Assembly: GCA_964400885.1 (NCBI GenBank)
Contig: CAYNWH010000007.1
Coordinates: forward strand, 1 to 60,252
Source: an uncultured Gammaproteobacteria bacterium
GTDB lineage: Bacteria > Patescibacteriota > Patescibacteriia > CAIXNZ01
Direction of reading: 5' to 3'
Length of the DNA stretch: 60,252 nucleotides
Position 1 is the first letter of the stretch; every line of letters starts with the position of its first letter. This document shows, one piece after another, positions 51,901 through 60,252 of this stretch. The notes under the pieces were generated by a model. That model saw nothing but the letters and a program-made list of their open reading frames with translations, did no database searches and had not been told where the DNA came from. A program made the translations under genes and the position numbers.

Positions 51901-51974
51901 ATTAAAACCAAAACTAAAAGCATTACCAAAAATACGGCCAGCAATAATTTTTTATTTTTTATTTTTTTCAGCAT
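48963..51974 (-). CDS. polytopic membrane protein, VirB6/TrbL-like N-domain with a ~650-aa hydrophilic C-terminal extension
   Basis: About 7 TM segments in the first ~340 aa. The tail contains PPTVPPAPAAGPAPEAPPVPAGG and is visibly GC-richer, which explains the many shadow ORFs. Position next to the VirB3/VirB4 genes. Confidence 0.5.
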   Translation of the reverse strand: MLKKIKNKKLLLAVFLVMLLVLVLIPIERVSATNMDIMGAAKSVGISIINFIVQTLISLVGKVLILLVKLLVMLSLYNNFIYNSYVQKGWVIIRDIVNMFFILGLLLIAFATVLKIEKYSYNKLLGRLLIMAILVNFSRTIAGLIIDFFQVIMITFVKSFKDITQGNLINGFGSADLFKYNYDVQAGTSHADIDSMVGSIFGLIFVIIATIVVAIFCVILAFRIVALWILIVFSPLAFFSWVFEPAGGKIASLSQQWWGEFFKYCMVGPFLAFFLWIAIISMNGVSQNITQDAVSGGFKQSEITNNVNGLNSPAGTAEGAVGFMMGIIMLVGGLYFTGRMGVVGSGYATGGFNAIRNQTAGRLERGARRAGAAAQGIAMAPVRAAGAPVRGAMQAVGDYARRNKYLRYATAEGRKEAAERVSATARSRFGPRKMAVERVRQQWEEKDTKRLNSEGAFLNPNVWRKRLGAANKKGDLREARALMSQGAKNGWIDTKDVGDFTKKFSRTMGDRPFFEFTEQLGRDYKNETGRHMRTNNLYVTEEGLIKPKTTTPAEEYKDSVRRMKISEQSQMAEQSKFARRKLDPETGEDRNEFWKDELMAYGEETENYGRYNPGARRNIASAIEEVASNPDSMAQFSDSERKQLNKMYEAATAEYQSNGERRKDDTAPTGVSQGHLILGDEYLPTGMKANDYAQGPRGGAGQPPTVPPAPAAGPAPEAPPVPAGGRLSRLAERAIGKERMDSILALKGRTVDSVSDYATNQYKAGKQFLKAKIINGSRQTVMPSLPKRPQPVPGVMEIDDMNQFMQTESQNKQTLAESNFDKPTGQFRNRGQVIAEIRKALQSRGVSADTAENRARQMVNHRESQLKRSLAAGAVNQEVLEDVGFSDIGVTPEGDQVKISGLPEISQADLATAQQQGAKGEVKQSLQKGLYKVRKAMSAYETKLKRRGAKLNEQLAKEYTARLKRLEDFARTRKDLTAEEVQGLVADMETAMNTMISGALIEK

Positions 51975-51992
51975 TTATCTTGAAATTTATTT

Positions 51993-54900
51993 TTAGGGTG
52001 AAGTAATAGAATAACCAGCTTCTGTTTTTGTTGCAGTATTCCCATTATTATCAGTGGCTTTAATAGTTAAATCACCGCTAGAAGTAATAGTAATAGCGCA
52101 ATCTACTTGAGTTGAGCCAGTCTGGCTGCAAGTAAAATCAGATGTGCCTGCTGTGGTATTTGTTGTATCAACTGTCACATTACTGGCATTAATACCTGCA
52201 CTAGCCGCCACAGAAATCGTTGTATCAGTTATGCTGACAGTCGCTGTTTTCGTAGTTACATTTATTGTAATATTCAAACTGGCTGCCGGACTATTAACCT
52301 TTTCACTGCACTGATCATTTTGCCAGCTGCAGCTCGGATTCAAATTGCAATCCTGCTCTATTTTATAATAAGGGCATAAATCTACTAAGAAAGGAAAATA
52401 AGTCAAACAAGCATAGGGCTGATAATTAAAAGAACCATAAGCACTGTAAGCATTTTGGTAAATGCTATCATAAAGAGGATTAAGAGTGTCAGCTTCTAAG
52501 CACATGCCTTCTAAACCAAGGAATTCTTTCACATTTTCAATCGGGCTGCAGACGCCATTTTGACCTGCCCCGCTGCCGCTGGTAATGCCGCTAATTAGCC
52601 CTGTTTGGCAATCCGTATTATCTTTGCAAACCTTACCTTTGATATCACTAGGGGAAGTACAAATTTTAGTCACAGTAGGCGGCGTAGCCGTAACAGTACC
52701 CAGCGGAAAATTAACTTTAGTGCCTAAAGCATTTGCTTCTTCGTAATTGCATAAATTGCCTGACTGATCCAGCTGCACGCTCTGGCTGTAAAGATTTAAT
52801 AAATCTTTATAACCAGGTTGCTTAATTAAATCGTAAAGCATTGGTGAATCCTGCGCTGGGAAAATTTTACAAATCGGCTCTACAAAACGCAGATCTGACT
52901 GACCAGCTAAATTATTGACTAAAGGATAAGTGCTAAAGCCTTTTTCTAATTCAGATTCAATAGGCAAACGATCAGGTATGCTGTAGCCGGAAAAATCACC
53001 AGCGCGCCATTGCACTAAATCACTTAAGGATCCGGCGCCAAAACGATAAATATAGCCTTTTTTATTAACATAATCGCTAATTCTCTTTATCACCAAAGGC
53101 TGGTTATCAAGATCGTAACGCACATTGTCTTTTTCCGCTGAAAATTTAATGCATTCCCCGCCTGAACTTTCAATACATAAACCAGTCTCAGTGCAAACAC
53201 CCGGCTGCCAGACTTGCTCTGCTGCCAGACAATCACTTTCTTTTTTATATTGGGGATCACTGCAATAGCTCGTACAGACTGCCCATTCCTGGCAATTGCG
53301 GTCAGCCTGAACTTTTAAAATTTCTGCACTATTTCTATCAGTATTTAAAAACTGTACACAGCCCGCATTCCAGTCAACTGCAGTGCAGCTTGAACGATCC
53401 AAATTAGATCCCTGGTCAATTACAAAATAACTATCTTCAGTATTATCTTTAACTTCAACCTGATCATAAGTTACATATGAATCAGGGCAATTACCCTTAT
53501 TAGCGCCTTGATTTAGATTAAGCGGCGCATATAAGACTAGTTCAAAATCTTGCAAGTCTTCTCCTGTGTCAGCCGGCACAGTATAAAGCGCTTCTACTTT
53601 TTTCCAGTCACTCTCTGCGCTAAAAACATAAAGCGGTCCTTGAGCCACATTAGGATCTAAAGAATTAAATTCAAAAGCCGCTTCTGGCAAAGGACATTGA
53701 TCACCTCTGCCTTTAGCATCTTCTGGTACGCGGTAATAAAATGAAATTTTATAAGTTTTACCTTTTTCTAAACGGGCAATAGTCTGGCTAATAGCATAGG
53801 TAGGCACATCTGTTTCCTCTAAAGAACAATCAGTATTTGGGTATAAATATGTACTAGGGCAATCCTGGCTTGTTCTCTTAATTAATTTAATAGCACGGCT
53901 ACCCAGTTTAGGATTATCTGTTTCTATTTTCTGGCCGCCAGAACTAGCTGCTTGAGTTTGCCAGTTAGAAAGCAGGCCAGTCGGATCATTTGATTCAAAA
54001 CTGCCATTGAAAACAAAATTAGGATTAATGTCCACGAATTCTGTGCAGCCATTCCATTTGCTATCACATTCACCCACAAAGCCTTTATATTTATTAGCTT
54101 CTTCAACTTTATAAATAGTAAAAGGAGAAGCTAAGCAAGTAGCAGTATCAGTTAGCCATTCGCCGTTTTGGAACTCACAGATTTCTTGATCTTTAATCTC
54201 AGCGAAAATAGGCGCGCACTGGTTGTATTTTGAACTCCAGCCGCCGCCATTAGCCTGGCAACTTTGAGCTGTCTCAAAATTCAAAGCCGCACAGCCTAAA
54301 GTCGGACTGCCCTTTTTAAACCAGCCTTCCACTCCCTGGCCATTAAGCGTGCTAGTGGTGTATTGGCAAAGCTTAGCTGGATCAATTTTAAAATATTCAG
54401 CATTGCCTGAGTCATTAATTAATTCAGTGCAGCCCAATGATTCTTCGTTGCACATAATAGCATTAGGCACATTTATATATTTATCCGGATCATTTTTAAT
54501 ATAAATATCATTAAAATTAACTGTTACACCCTGGAAAGTTGACTGGCCTAATTTTTTACAGCCTTTATTATCTTTAGTGCAGCTATACTTATCATTAAGC
54601 ACCAAAGTCACTAAATTATCCTGTGGCACAGTATAATCATCTAAAAACGAGGCGTTATCATCATTAAACAGCTGTTTATTAGAGTTAGTTGAATTTTGAG
54701 TATCAATCAAAGCCTGGCAGCCAACAGCGCTGGAGCGGCATAAATTCGTAAAGGATTTAAGGTTATGGGTCTGGCTCAATAAATCCTGATAAGCCTGACA
54801 ACCCAGCATAGCGCCTTCTTCTTCAGCGCCAAAAATATTTTGATTACAGCTGTCTGGCGTCTGCCAGCTATTTTTAACTACATAGACATTATCTTTAACC

Positions 54901-57900
54901 ACTTTTAACAAAATATTATCCAGATAAACTTTGCTATCCAGCGAGTCAAATATTAAACTATTATTGGCAACATTATCCCAGCTGACGAAAACCGGGCCTA
55001 AAGTGTAATTGCGCCATTCATTAGTTAGACGCAAATTAGTTGCCAAAGTAGCAAATTCTTCCAAAGTTGAATCCTGAGAATCAGGCACAGCAGTGCTGAA
55101 TTTAGCTGTAATAACTTCACCGGCTGGGTTGTCGGTCTTAGCCCAGAAAGAAAGCGTATATAAATTATTTTGCTGAATATCAATAAATTTATGTATGGTA
55201 GTGACTGGCGCTGAAACAAATAAAGAATGCCCACCCACTGTCACTGATTCGCCTACTCTAGATAAGCCTTCTGAGGAAGTACCCTCTGCTCCAGCATACC
55301 AATCTAAAGCTCCTGCTCCGTCTTCAAAAGTATCAAAGCTTTGGACATAAACATTATTGCCCTGATTGCCAATAAAAGTTCGGCAGCCATTAGCTTGGGC
55401 TGAACAAGAAATCGCTTCACTAGGAATAGCATCATAAATACAAGACTGGGTATCGCTTTGCCAGCGGCCATTAGTCTTAAGACAATTATCCTGATTTGAT
55501 TCTGTTTTTCTAAAAGGATGGCAATCATCAGCAACAGAAATAGTTTTTCTAATATCTCGGTAATAATTGACTCCATTACTATCAAAGAAATTAACACAAT
55601 TAAAATCAAATTCGCCCAAAGTCAAACGGCAATCGCCAGAATCATCAATAGTTTTTGGCGCGCCAGTTGCAGTATCTTGCTGAAACTCATATTTAATCAA
55701 TTGAGGCGGTCCTGAAGCTGAACCCTGCCAAGTGAAAAATGTTTTTTCTCCCAAACCTAAATTGGGCTTAATGCATTGCCTTAGATAAGTAAAATATCCA
55801 ATACCCTCGCCTCCCGCAGCTACAGCATCTAAATTAGTAAACTGGGCACAGCCTACTTCTGCTAAAGTGCAAGTCTTGGCTGTATTAGGAATAAAATAAT
55901 TATATAAAGGATCTGGCTCTGGTTCATATAAAACCGGGTCTTGCTTAAAGGTATCATAACCCACGCATTCCGCCGGACAATAATCAGTCAAACTAACCAC
56001 GCCTGGTATTTGGGGATCACCATTTACTGGCGTATAAATTTGGCAGCCGACTTCTTCTGGCTCACAAACTTTCATAAAATTGCCACAAATTGAATCATCT
56101 GGCTTATATTTATAACAAGCTGTGACATTTGGCACAAAGACTGCTGAACTCGTAGCTGTCGGCTGATCCCAAAAACCACCTGCTCCTTCTGGGTCTTCAC
56201 AAGCTATTTTATTATCAATATTTAAAACTGGCGGCGGATCACCAGGTCCATAACCATGGCAATCTAACCGAGCCGGCGGCTTTTTATAATATAATTTATT
56301 GTTAGCGTCATAATCAGTATAAGCTGTCACGAAATTATAATTTCTAACCTGGTCTAAAGAATTAAGCGATAAATCAACCCCATCCAGATAAACAGTCGTT
56401 CCAGCTTGCCCGCCGGGTAAATAAATCATGATATCCAATTCTGTGCCACCAGCACCAGTAATTAAAGTGCTATCAACTTGATTATAATATTGATCAACAT
56501 AAAACTGTTTGCTATTTAGCTCGCTTTGAGTCTGTCTCATCTTAGCCAAATTAAATTTGATCGGCTGGCTCAGAGGCAAATTAGCTTTTAAATAAGCAGT
56601 CGCTGTATAAGTATCGCCAGCCCTGGTTAAGATCTTGTTTTCATCAGCAAACTTACTTTTATAAACCAGCACTAATGCTTGATTATCTGTCAAATCACCG
56701 ATATTAATTGCCAATTTGCTTAAACCTTGCCACACATCTGTGCCATCTCTGGAAACAAATGCCCGATCACTAAATGGCCCTTCGCCGCGCCAAGTCCCTA
56801 AAAGATTATTGCAATCTTCTTTTGTAGAATTATATAAACTGGCTCCCTGACAAAATTCATGCCAGCTGCCATTATTAGATTCACAACTAGGTTGGCAATT
56901 TGTATCATCTGGGCCTGGTTCACAAGTATCTAAATTTGATAATTTTTCTTCGACTTGTCCATCTACTTCGCATTTTTGCTGCCAAGTGCCGCCATTAGCT
57001 TGACATTTTTCTTCAGCTTCATTAACTCCAGTCGTAGCCGGATCATCAGCAAATTGCGGATTCTCACAAAGATTATATTTCAAAATGCTACTGGTGCAAA
57101 ATCTTTTAAAATCACCAACATTAGCCAAGCAGTCTGTTTCATTCACATTATTATTAATAGCACCTAAACATTGATAATCCCACGTCTGCCCATTAGCTAA
57201 ACATTCATCTTGGGTGATGCTTGTACCATCTAAACAATAACCGGACCAAGTACCATTATTCAATAAACAATCACTTTGATTATCATAGCCATAATTAAGA
57301 CAGGTTTCATTGTAAGTGCCTTGACAATCGGCTGCGCTAGCCACTTCATCCTTTAATCTTAAATCCCAATTAGCCGGGAAATTACCATCCGGAGCATATT
57401 CAAAGCTTGAATCTGCCACTAAATTATTAGCTGAATCGCGGTATAAGAAAAATTCATTACAGCCTTCATTTTGCCGATCACAGGTGCTAACATAACGATT
57501 TAAATAAATCCTGCTATCTGTTTGCCAAGCGCCGGCTAAATCAGCAGCAGTTGAATACCAAGTGCAGCCGGCATTGTTTGGGCCGCAAATATTGCTGCCG
57601 CTTAAAGTATTTTTTAAATAAGAAACAGTGCTGGCACCATTGAGACCAGTTACACTGTAAGTCCGACAACTATTAAATTCTGCTGGACAAGTATTCGCAG
57701 CAAATTGCCAGACATTTTTTTCTTTAACGCAAAAACCATAATTTTCATTTACACAGCCGCCCTTGCCATCCTCTGTTAAACAGCTGGCAAAATCCGGACA
57801 GCGCGAATATCTTTGGCTATTACTATTAGTCGTCAAAAGCTCACCATAAGGCTCAATATCGGTCTGCACTGCACAGCGCGTACTTGGCAATTTCAAAACC

Positions 57901-60233
57901 CAATTCGGATCAACTAAATTGCAAAAAGGTGATTCATTTTCATCAAAATCACCGCAAGTGCCAGAACCTGCCTTATCAAAACCATTCACTACATCTGCCA
58001 AGGTCGCATTAGCCACTTCATTTAATCTATTAATATTATAATTTCTAACATCATCTAATCCTTCCCCGCCGCCAGTAAAGGGCCTAAATAAACAATTTTG
58101 TAATCTTTGCGATTTAAAGGGATCACTTTGCTCATTAAAGCCAAACTTATCTGTAGCAGTGACATCACTAAAATCTTTATAAGCGCCATTATCCACTGTC
58201 TTGCGATAATTGCAATCTCTAATTAATTCAGCGGCTAACTCTAAGCCTAAAGGCACGACTCTAGCTTTTCTTAACTTTTTAATATTAGATAAATTATATG
58301 TGCCTGGCGCAGCTTCTTCGCCCCAAGAAAAAGTATAATCGCCTACTAATTTGCCTTTATCAATTGCATCTTTAATAGTCAAGCCATCATTAATAGCAAG
58401 GGCAAAATTGGGATCAATTACATTATTATAAAGATTAGGGTTTGCCTGGCCTTTGATATTTAATTGAAAGTCTGCCAATAAATTAATGTCTTTAAAAGAA
58501 AAATTAACAGTGAATTTTTGGGAAATCTTTTCAATATAACTTTGGATGCCTGCCGGCGAAGTGACTAATTCTTCAAATGGATTCCAGTTTGGCGAACCTG
58601 CTGGCGTTTGTAAAGCCGCTGCCCCGCCTTGCTGGGCTAAAAGGGTCTTTGTAGTTTCTACTGTTTGCTGAGGATTTAATAAATCAAGCAGCTTCAAAGC
58701 CAATTGATTCCAAAGAGTCTCTAAAAAAACGCCCAAAGCATCTGCTACTATCTCCTTAGTATAATATGAAGCAACACTGCCGCCTGCTGCTAAATCTTTT
58801 TCAGCTCTGGCTCTAATTAAATTAGAAGGTGTCCTAATCGTGCCAGCAATGCGGTCAGTCACTGATTGCCAGCCCTGATCAATCGTGGCCTGCAAACGGC
58901 TATTAAGCCAAGCATTAAAGCCCTCTTTCATGATTCCGCTGGTTATCTTATCATAAGCATTAAATTCATTAGCTTCTGGGTCAAAAAGCCCGGCAGCTAA
59001 TTGGGAATTATAAGCTGCACTGCCTTCCAAAAGATCAGGTACAAAATTCTGGTTAATCTGGCTTTGCAAATATTCATAGCCGCCTTTAATCGCATTGGCA
59101 ATATTAACTACCTGGCCGGCTTTTTGGTTAAATTCTGTTTGATAAGTTAAAGCCAGGGCCTGATCCTGCACTGGGCATTGGAAAGGATTAAAATTTAAAC
59201 CGCCTAAAATTGAATCGCAAGGTTTTTGATTTAAGGCACAGGCTGTCCTGTTTTGGCACTGGCCATAATTAGTAATAGTATTATTTAATCCTGCTATATA
59301 TGGCTCTATTTTCTTTAGCCAAGCATCTTTGATTATCGGCATATTTTCCGGCGTAATGGGATAACGGCCAACGCTCAGGTCGGCTGGCGTATCAGCCACT
59401 CTATGAGTGATTATATTTTCCACATCTGCACGCAAAGAAGCTGTAAAAGCATCTAATGCTGTAGCCGCACCCTTTAAGTCTGTTTGTACTGGGGGTTCAG
59501 AACAAGTAGTAATATTTCCATTTATTTGTCCTGTCTCACAATTTTTTGCATAAGCCTGAGCTAAAGCTGTATCCCATCTTTTCAAACTAGTATCATTAGC
59601 AATGGAAGAATTTAATCTGCCTACGTTCTCATCAAAAGTGCCGCCTGCACCAATGCCAAAATCAGCAGAAATAAAATCTGTAAGCTTTCTTTGCCCAATT
59701 TCTTCCCAATGGCTTCTTAATTGAGTCCAGGTACAGTCTGGATTATAAGAGCCCGACCATTCTGGGAACATGGGAATATTTAAGGTTAAATTGATGGCTA
59801 TACGCGGATCCAAAGTACAAATATCCAGACCAGTCAAATTTTTCAAAGTTGTCTGGACAAAATCTCCGGCAGCCCTGTCAAACCAACTATTCCAAAAATT
59901 AGGATCACTAATAAATTGCGGCCCCTCACCCTTACCACCGCTTGCTACCCACATAGCTGATTGCTTAGCAATCAAATTAGCTAAATTGCCCAAAATATTT
60001 TTAAAGAAAACTGCCACAATTTCATCCCAGATCTTGGTCGTAATCTTCTCTGTTGTGTCTCCAGCAAACCACATTGCTTGAAGGGTTTCCTGGGGAACAT
60101 CAAATACAGGGATCTGGGCTTCGGCTTTTTTAGTATTAAATAAGAAAAGGGTGTAAAAATTACTAAAAACAAAAATTATAGTAATAAATAAAATTATCAC
60201 TTTTTGCAGTTTTGATTTGCCTAATTTAAACAT
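51993..60233 (-). CDS. giant (2,746 aa) secreted/anchored Cys-rich surface protein with CBM-like and Ig-like segments
   Basis: Uninterrupted 8.2-kb ORF. N-terminal signal/anchor (VIILFITIIFVFSNFYTLFLF). Repeated Cys motifs, three CBM4/9-like openings (NGSFE.., SSFEY.., SFDTFEDG..) and a T/S-rich beta C-terminus. Confidence 0.8.
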   Translation of the reverse strand: MFKLGKSKLQKVIILFITIIFVFSNFYTLFLFNTKKAEAQIPVFDVPQETLQAMWFAGDTTEKITTKIWDEIVAVFFKNILGNLANLIAKQSAMWVASGGKGEGPQFISDPNFWNSWFDRAAGDFVQTTLKNLTGLDICTLDPRIAINLTLNIPMFPEWSGSYNPDCTWTQLRSHWEEIGQRKLTDFISADFGIGAGGTFDENVGRLNSSIANDTSLKRWDTALAQAYAKNCETGQINGNITTCSEPPVQTDLKGAATALDAFTASLRADVENIITHRVADTPADLSVGRYPITPENMPIIKDAWLKKIEPYIAGLNNTITNYGQCQNRTACALNQKPCDSILGGLNFNPFQCPVQDQALALTYQTEFNQKAGQVVNIANAIKGGYEYLQSQINQNFVPDLLEGSAAYNSQLAAGLFDPEANEFNAYDKITSGIMKEGFNAWLNSRLQATIDQGWQSVTDRIAGTIRTPSNLIRARAEKDLAAGGSVASYYTKEIVADALGVFLETLWNQLALKLLDLLNPQQTVETTKTLLAQQGGAAALQTPAGSPNWNPFEELVTSPAGIQSYIEKISQKFTVNFSFKDINLLADFQLNIKGQANPNLYNNVIDPNFALAINDGLTIKDAIDKGKLVGDYTFSWGEEAAPGTYNLSNIKKLRKARVVPLGLELAAELIRDCNYRKTVDNGAYKDFSDVTATDKFGFNEQSDPFKSQRLQNCLFRPFTGGGEGLDDVRNYNINRLNEVANATLADVVNGFDKAGSGTCGDFDENESPFCNLVDPNWVLKLPSTRCAVQTDIEPYGELLTTNSNSQRYSRCPDFASCLTEDGKGGCVNENYGFCVKEKNVWQFAANTCPAEFNSCRTYSVTGLNGASTVSYLKNTLSGSNICGPNNAGCTWYSTAADLAGAWQTDSRIYLNRYVSTCDRQNEGCNEFFLYRDSANNLVADSSFEYAPDGNFPANWDLRLKDEVASAADCQGTYNETCLNYGYDNQSDCLLNNGTWSGYCLDGTSITQDECLANGQTWDYQCLGAINNNVNETDCLANVGDFKRFCTSSILKYNLCENPQFADDPATTGVNEAEEKCQANGGTWQQKCEVDGQVEEKLSNLDTCEPGPDDTNCQPSCESNNGSWHEFCQGASLYNSTKEDCNNLLGTWRGEGPFSDRAFVSRDGTDVWQGLSKLAINIGDLTDNQALVLVYKSKFADENKILTRAGDTYTATAYLKANLPLSQPIKFNLAKMRQTQSELNSKQFYVDQYYNQVDSTLITGAGGTELDIMIYLPGGQAGTTVYLDGVDLSLNSLDQVRNYNFVTAYTDYDANNKLYYKKPPARLDCHGYGPGDPPPVLNIDNKIACEDPEGAGGFWDQPTATSSAVFVPNVTACYKYKPDDSICGNFMKVCEPEEVGCQIYTPVNGDPQIPGVVSLTDYCPAECVGYDTFKQDPVLYEPEPDPLYNYFIPNTAKTCTLAEVGCAQFTNLDAVAAGGEGIGYFTYLRQCIKPNLGLGEKTFFTWQGSASGPPQLIKYEFQQDTATGAPKTIDDSGDCRLTLGEFDFNCVNFFDSNGVNYYRDIRKTISVADDCHPFRKTESNQDNCLKTNGRWQSDTQSCIYDAIPSEAISCSAQANGCRTFIGNQGNNVYVQSFDTFEDGAGALDWYAGAEGTSSEGLSRVGESVTVGGHSLFVSAPVTTIHKFIDIQQNNLYTLSFWAKTDNPAGEVITAKFSTAVPDSQDSTLEEFATLATNLRLTNEWRNYTLGPVFVSWDNVANNSLIFDSLDSKVYLDNILLKVVKDNVYVVKNSWQTPDSCNQNIFGAEEEGAMLGCQAYQDLLSQTHNLKSFTNLCRSSAVGCQALIDTQNSTNSNKQLFNDDNASFLDDYTVPQDNLVTLVLNDKYSCTKDNKGCKKLGQSTFQGVTVNFNDIYIKNDPDKYINVPNAIMCNEESLGCTELINDSGNAEYFKIDPAKLCQYTTSTLNGQGVEGWFKKGSPTLGCAALNFETAQSCQANGGGWSSKYNQCAPIFAEIKDQEICEFQNGEWLTDTATCLASPFTIYKVEEANKYKGFVGECDSKWNGCTEFVDINPNFVFNGSFESNDPTGLLSNWQTQAASSGGQKIETDNPKLGSRAIKLIKRTSQDCPSTYLYPNTDCSLEETDVPTYAISQTIARLEKGKTYKISFYYRVPEDAKGRGDQCPLPEAAFEFNSLDPNVAQGPLYVFSAESDWKKVEALYTVPADTGEDLQDFELVLYAPLNLNQGANKGNCPDSYVTYDQVEVKDNTEDSYFVIDQGSNLDRSSCTAVDWNAGCVQFLNTDRNSAEILKVQADRNCQEWAVCTSYCSDPQYKKESDCLAAEQVWQPGVCTETGLCIESSGGECIKFSAEKDNVRYDLDNQPLVIKRISDYVNKKGYIYRFGAGSLSDLVQWRAGDFSGYSIPDRLPIESELEKGFSTYPLVNNLAGQSDLRFVEPICKIFPAQDSPMLYDLIKQPGYKDLLNLYSQSVQLDQSGNLCNYEEANALGTKVNFPLGTVTATPPTVTKICTSPSDIKGKVCKDNTDCQTGLISGITSGSGAGQNGVCSPIENVKEFLGLEGMCLEADTLNPLYDSIYQNAYSAYGSFNYQPYACLTYFPFLVDLCPYYKIEQDCNLNPSCSWQNDQCSEKVNSPAASLNITINVTTKTATVSITDTTISVAASAGINASNVTVDTTNTTAGTSDFTCSQTGSTQVDCAITITSSGDLTIKATDNNGNTATKTEAGYSITSP

Positions 60234-60252
60234 AGAAAATTTTTACCTATAA

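Noticed and set aside
49259-57167. Short ORFs inside or antisense to the VirB6-like and giant genes (for example 49259-49516, 50455-50781, 53924-54106, 55304-55609 and 56955-57167).
   Set aside because: They are nested in long uninterrupted ORFs with consistent repeat and motif structure, and no independent signals were seen.
43779-60233. Calling the VirB4 region an integrated conjugative element, plasmid remnant or other mobile_element.
   Set aside because: No relaxase, coupling protein, integrase, repeats at the edges or compositional break was seen. The flanking genes are housekeeping genes in the same orientation. It is described as a chromosomal secretion operon instead.
1-60252. An alternative genetic code (TGA recoded, as in some CPR lineages).
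   Set aside because: recG, clpC and the GT2 gene at 7310 end at TGA with family-typical lengths, and no conserved domain is interrupted by TGA. The standard code fits.

Overview
This is a 60.3-kb, very AT-rich, tightly packed fragment that uses the standard genetic code (genes end in TGA, TAA and TAG at sensible lengths). All calls come from reading the supplied ORF translations and the raw sequence by eye; no searches or folding programs were run. The gene content and intergenic style suggest a Candidate Phyla Radiation / Patescibacteria-type bacterium. That inference rests on a DUF4012 protein, a PrgI/VirB4 module, a CPR-style T4SS pilin domain and tiny spacers.

Backbone genes: glyQS (5' end only), frr, holB, mreB, pheST, a NIF3-family gene, rseP, murI, a PMM/PGM gene, lemA-htpX, a clpC-like gene, radA, mpg, recG, comFC and three tRNAs. 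There is also an envelope glycosylation cluster: DUF4012, two GT2 genes, and a processive membrane GT2 with a QxxRW motif.

Main points of interest:
1. 43.8-60.2 kb: an eight-gene minus-strand operon. It combines a 2,746-aa Cys-rich surface protein with VirB3-, VirB4- and VirB6-like components and a possible VirB8-like one, followed directly by comFC.
2. 33.7-35.8 kb: a T4SS-pilin domain fused to a 28-Cys C-terminal module, next to a membrane-anchored DsbA-like oxidoreductase.
3. 23.58-24.26 kb: a 0.7-kb non-coding locus with three near-consensus promoters and four terminator hairpins. It specifies at least three small RNAs, two of which are paralogues with compensatory stem changes.
4. 10.4-15.0 kb: a GC-rich island (dapB, a beta-barrel OMP-like protein, an MBL-fold hydrolase and two unknowns). 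Each unit has consensus sigma70-type promoters, and smaller GC-rich transcription units lie at 25.2, 38.0 and 38.9-39.3 kb.
5. A pervasive intergenic 'grammar' of heptamer-periodic ACYAATN word arrays, two of them embedded in frame in radA and mpg.
6. Several families of GC-rich palindromic elements, one of which is associated with a duplication of the pheS start.

No CRISPR array, transposase, integrase, rRNA or reverse transcriptase was seen.
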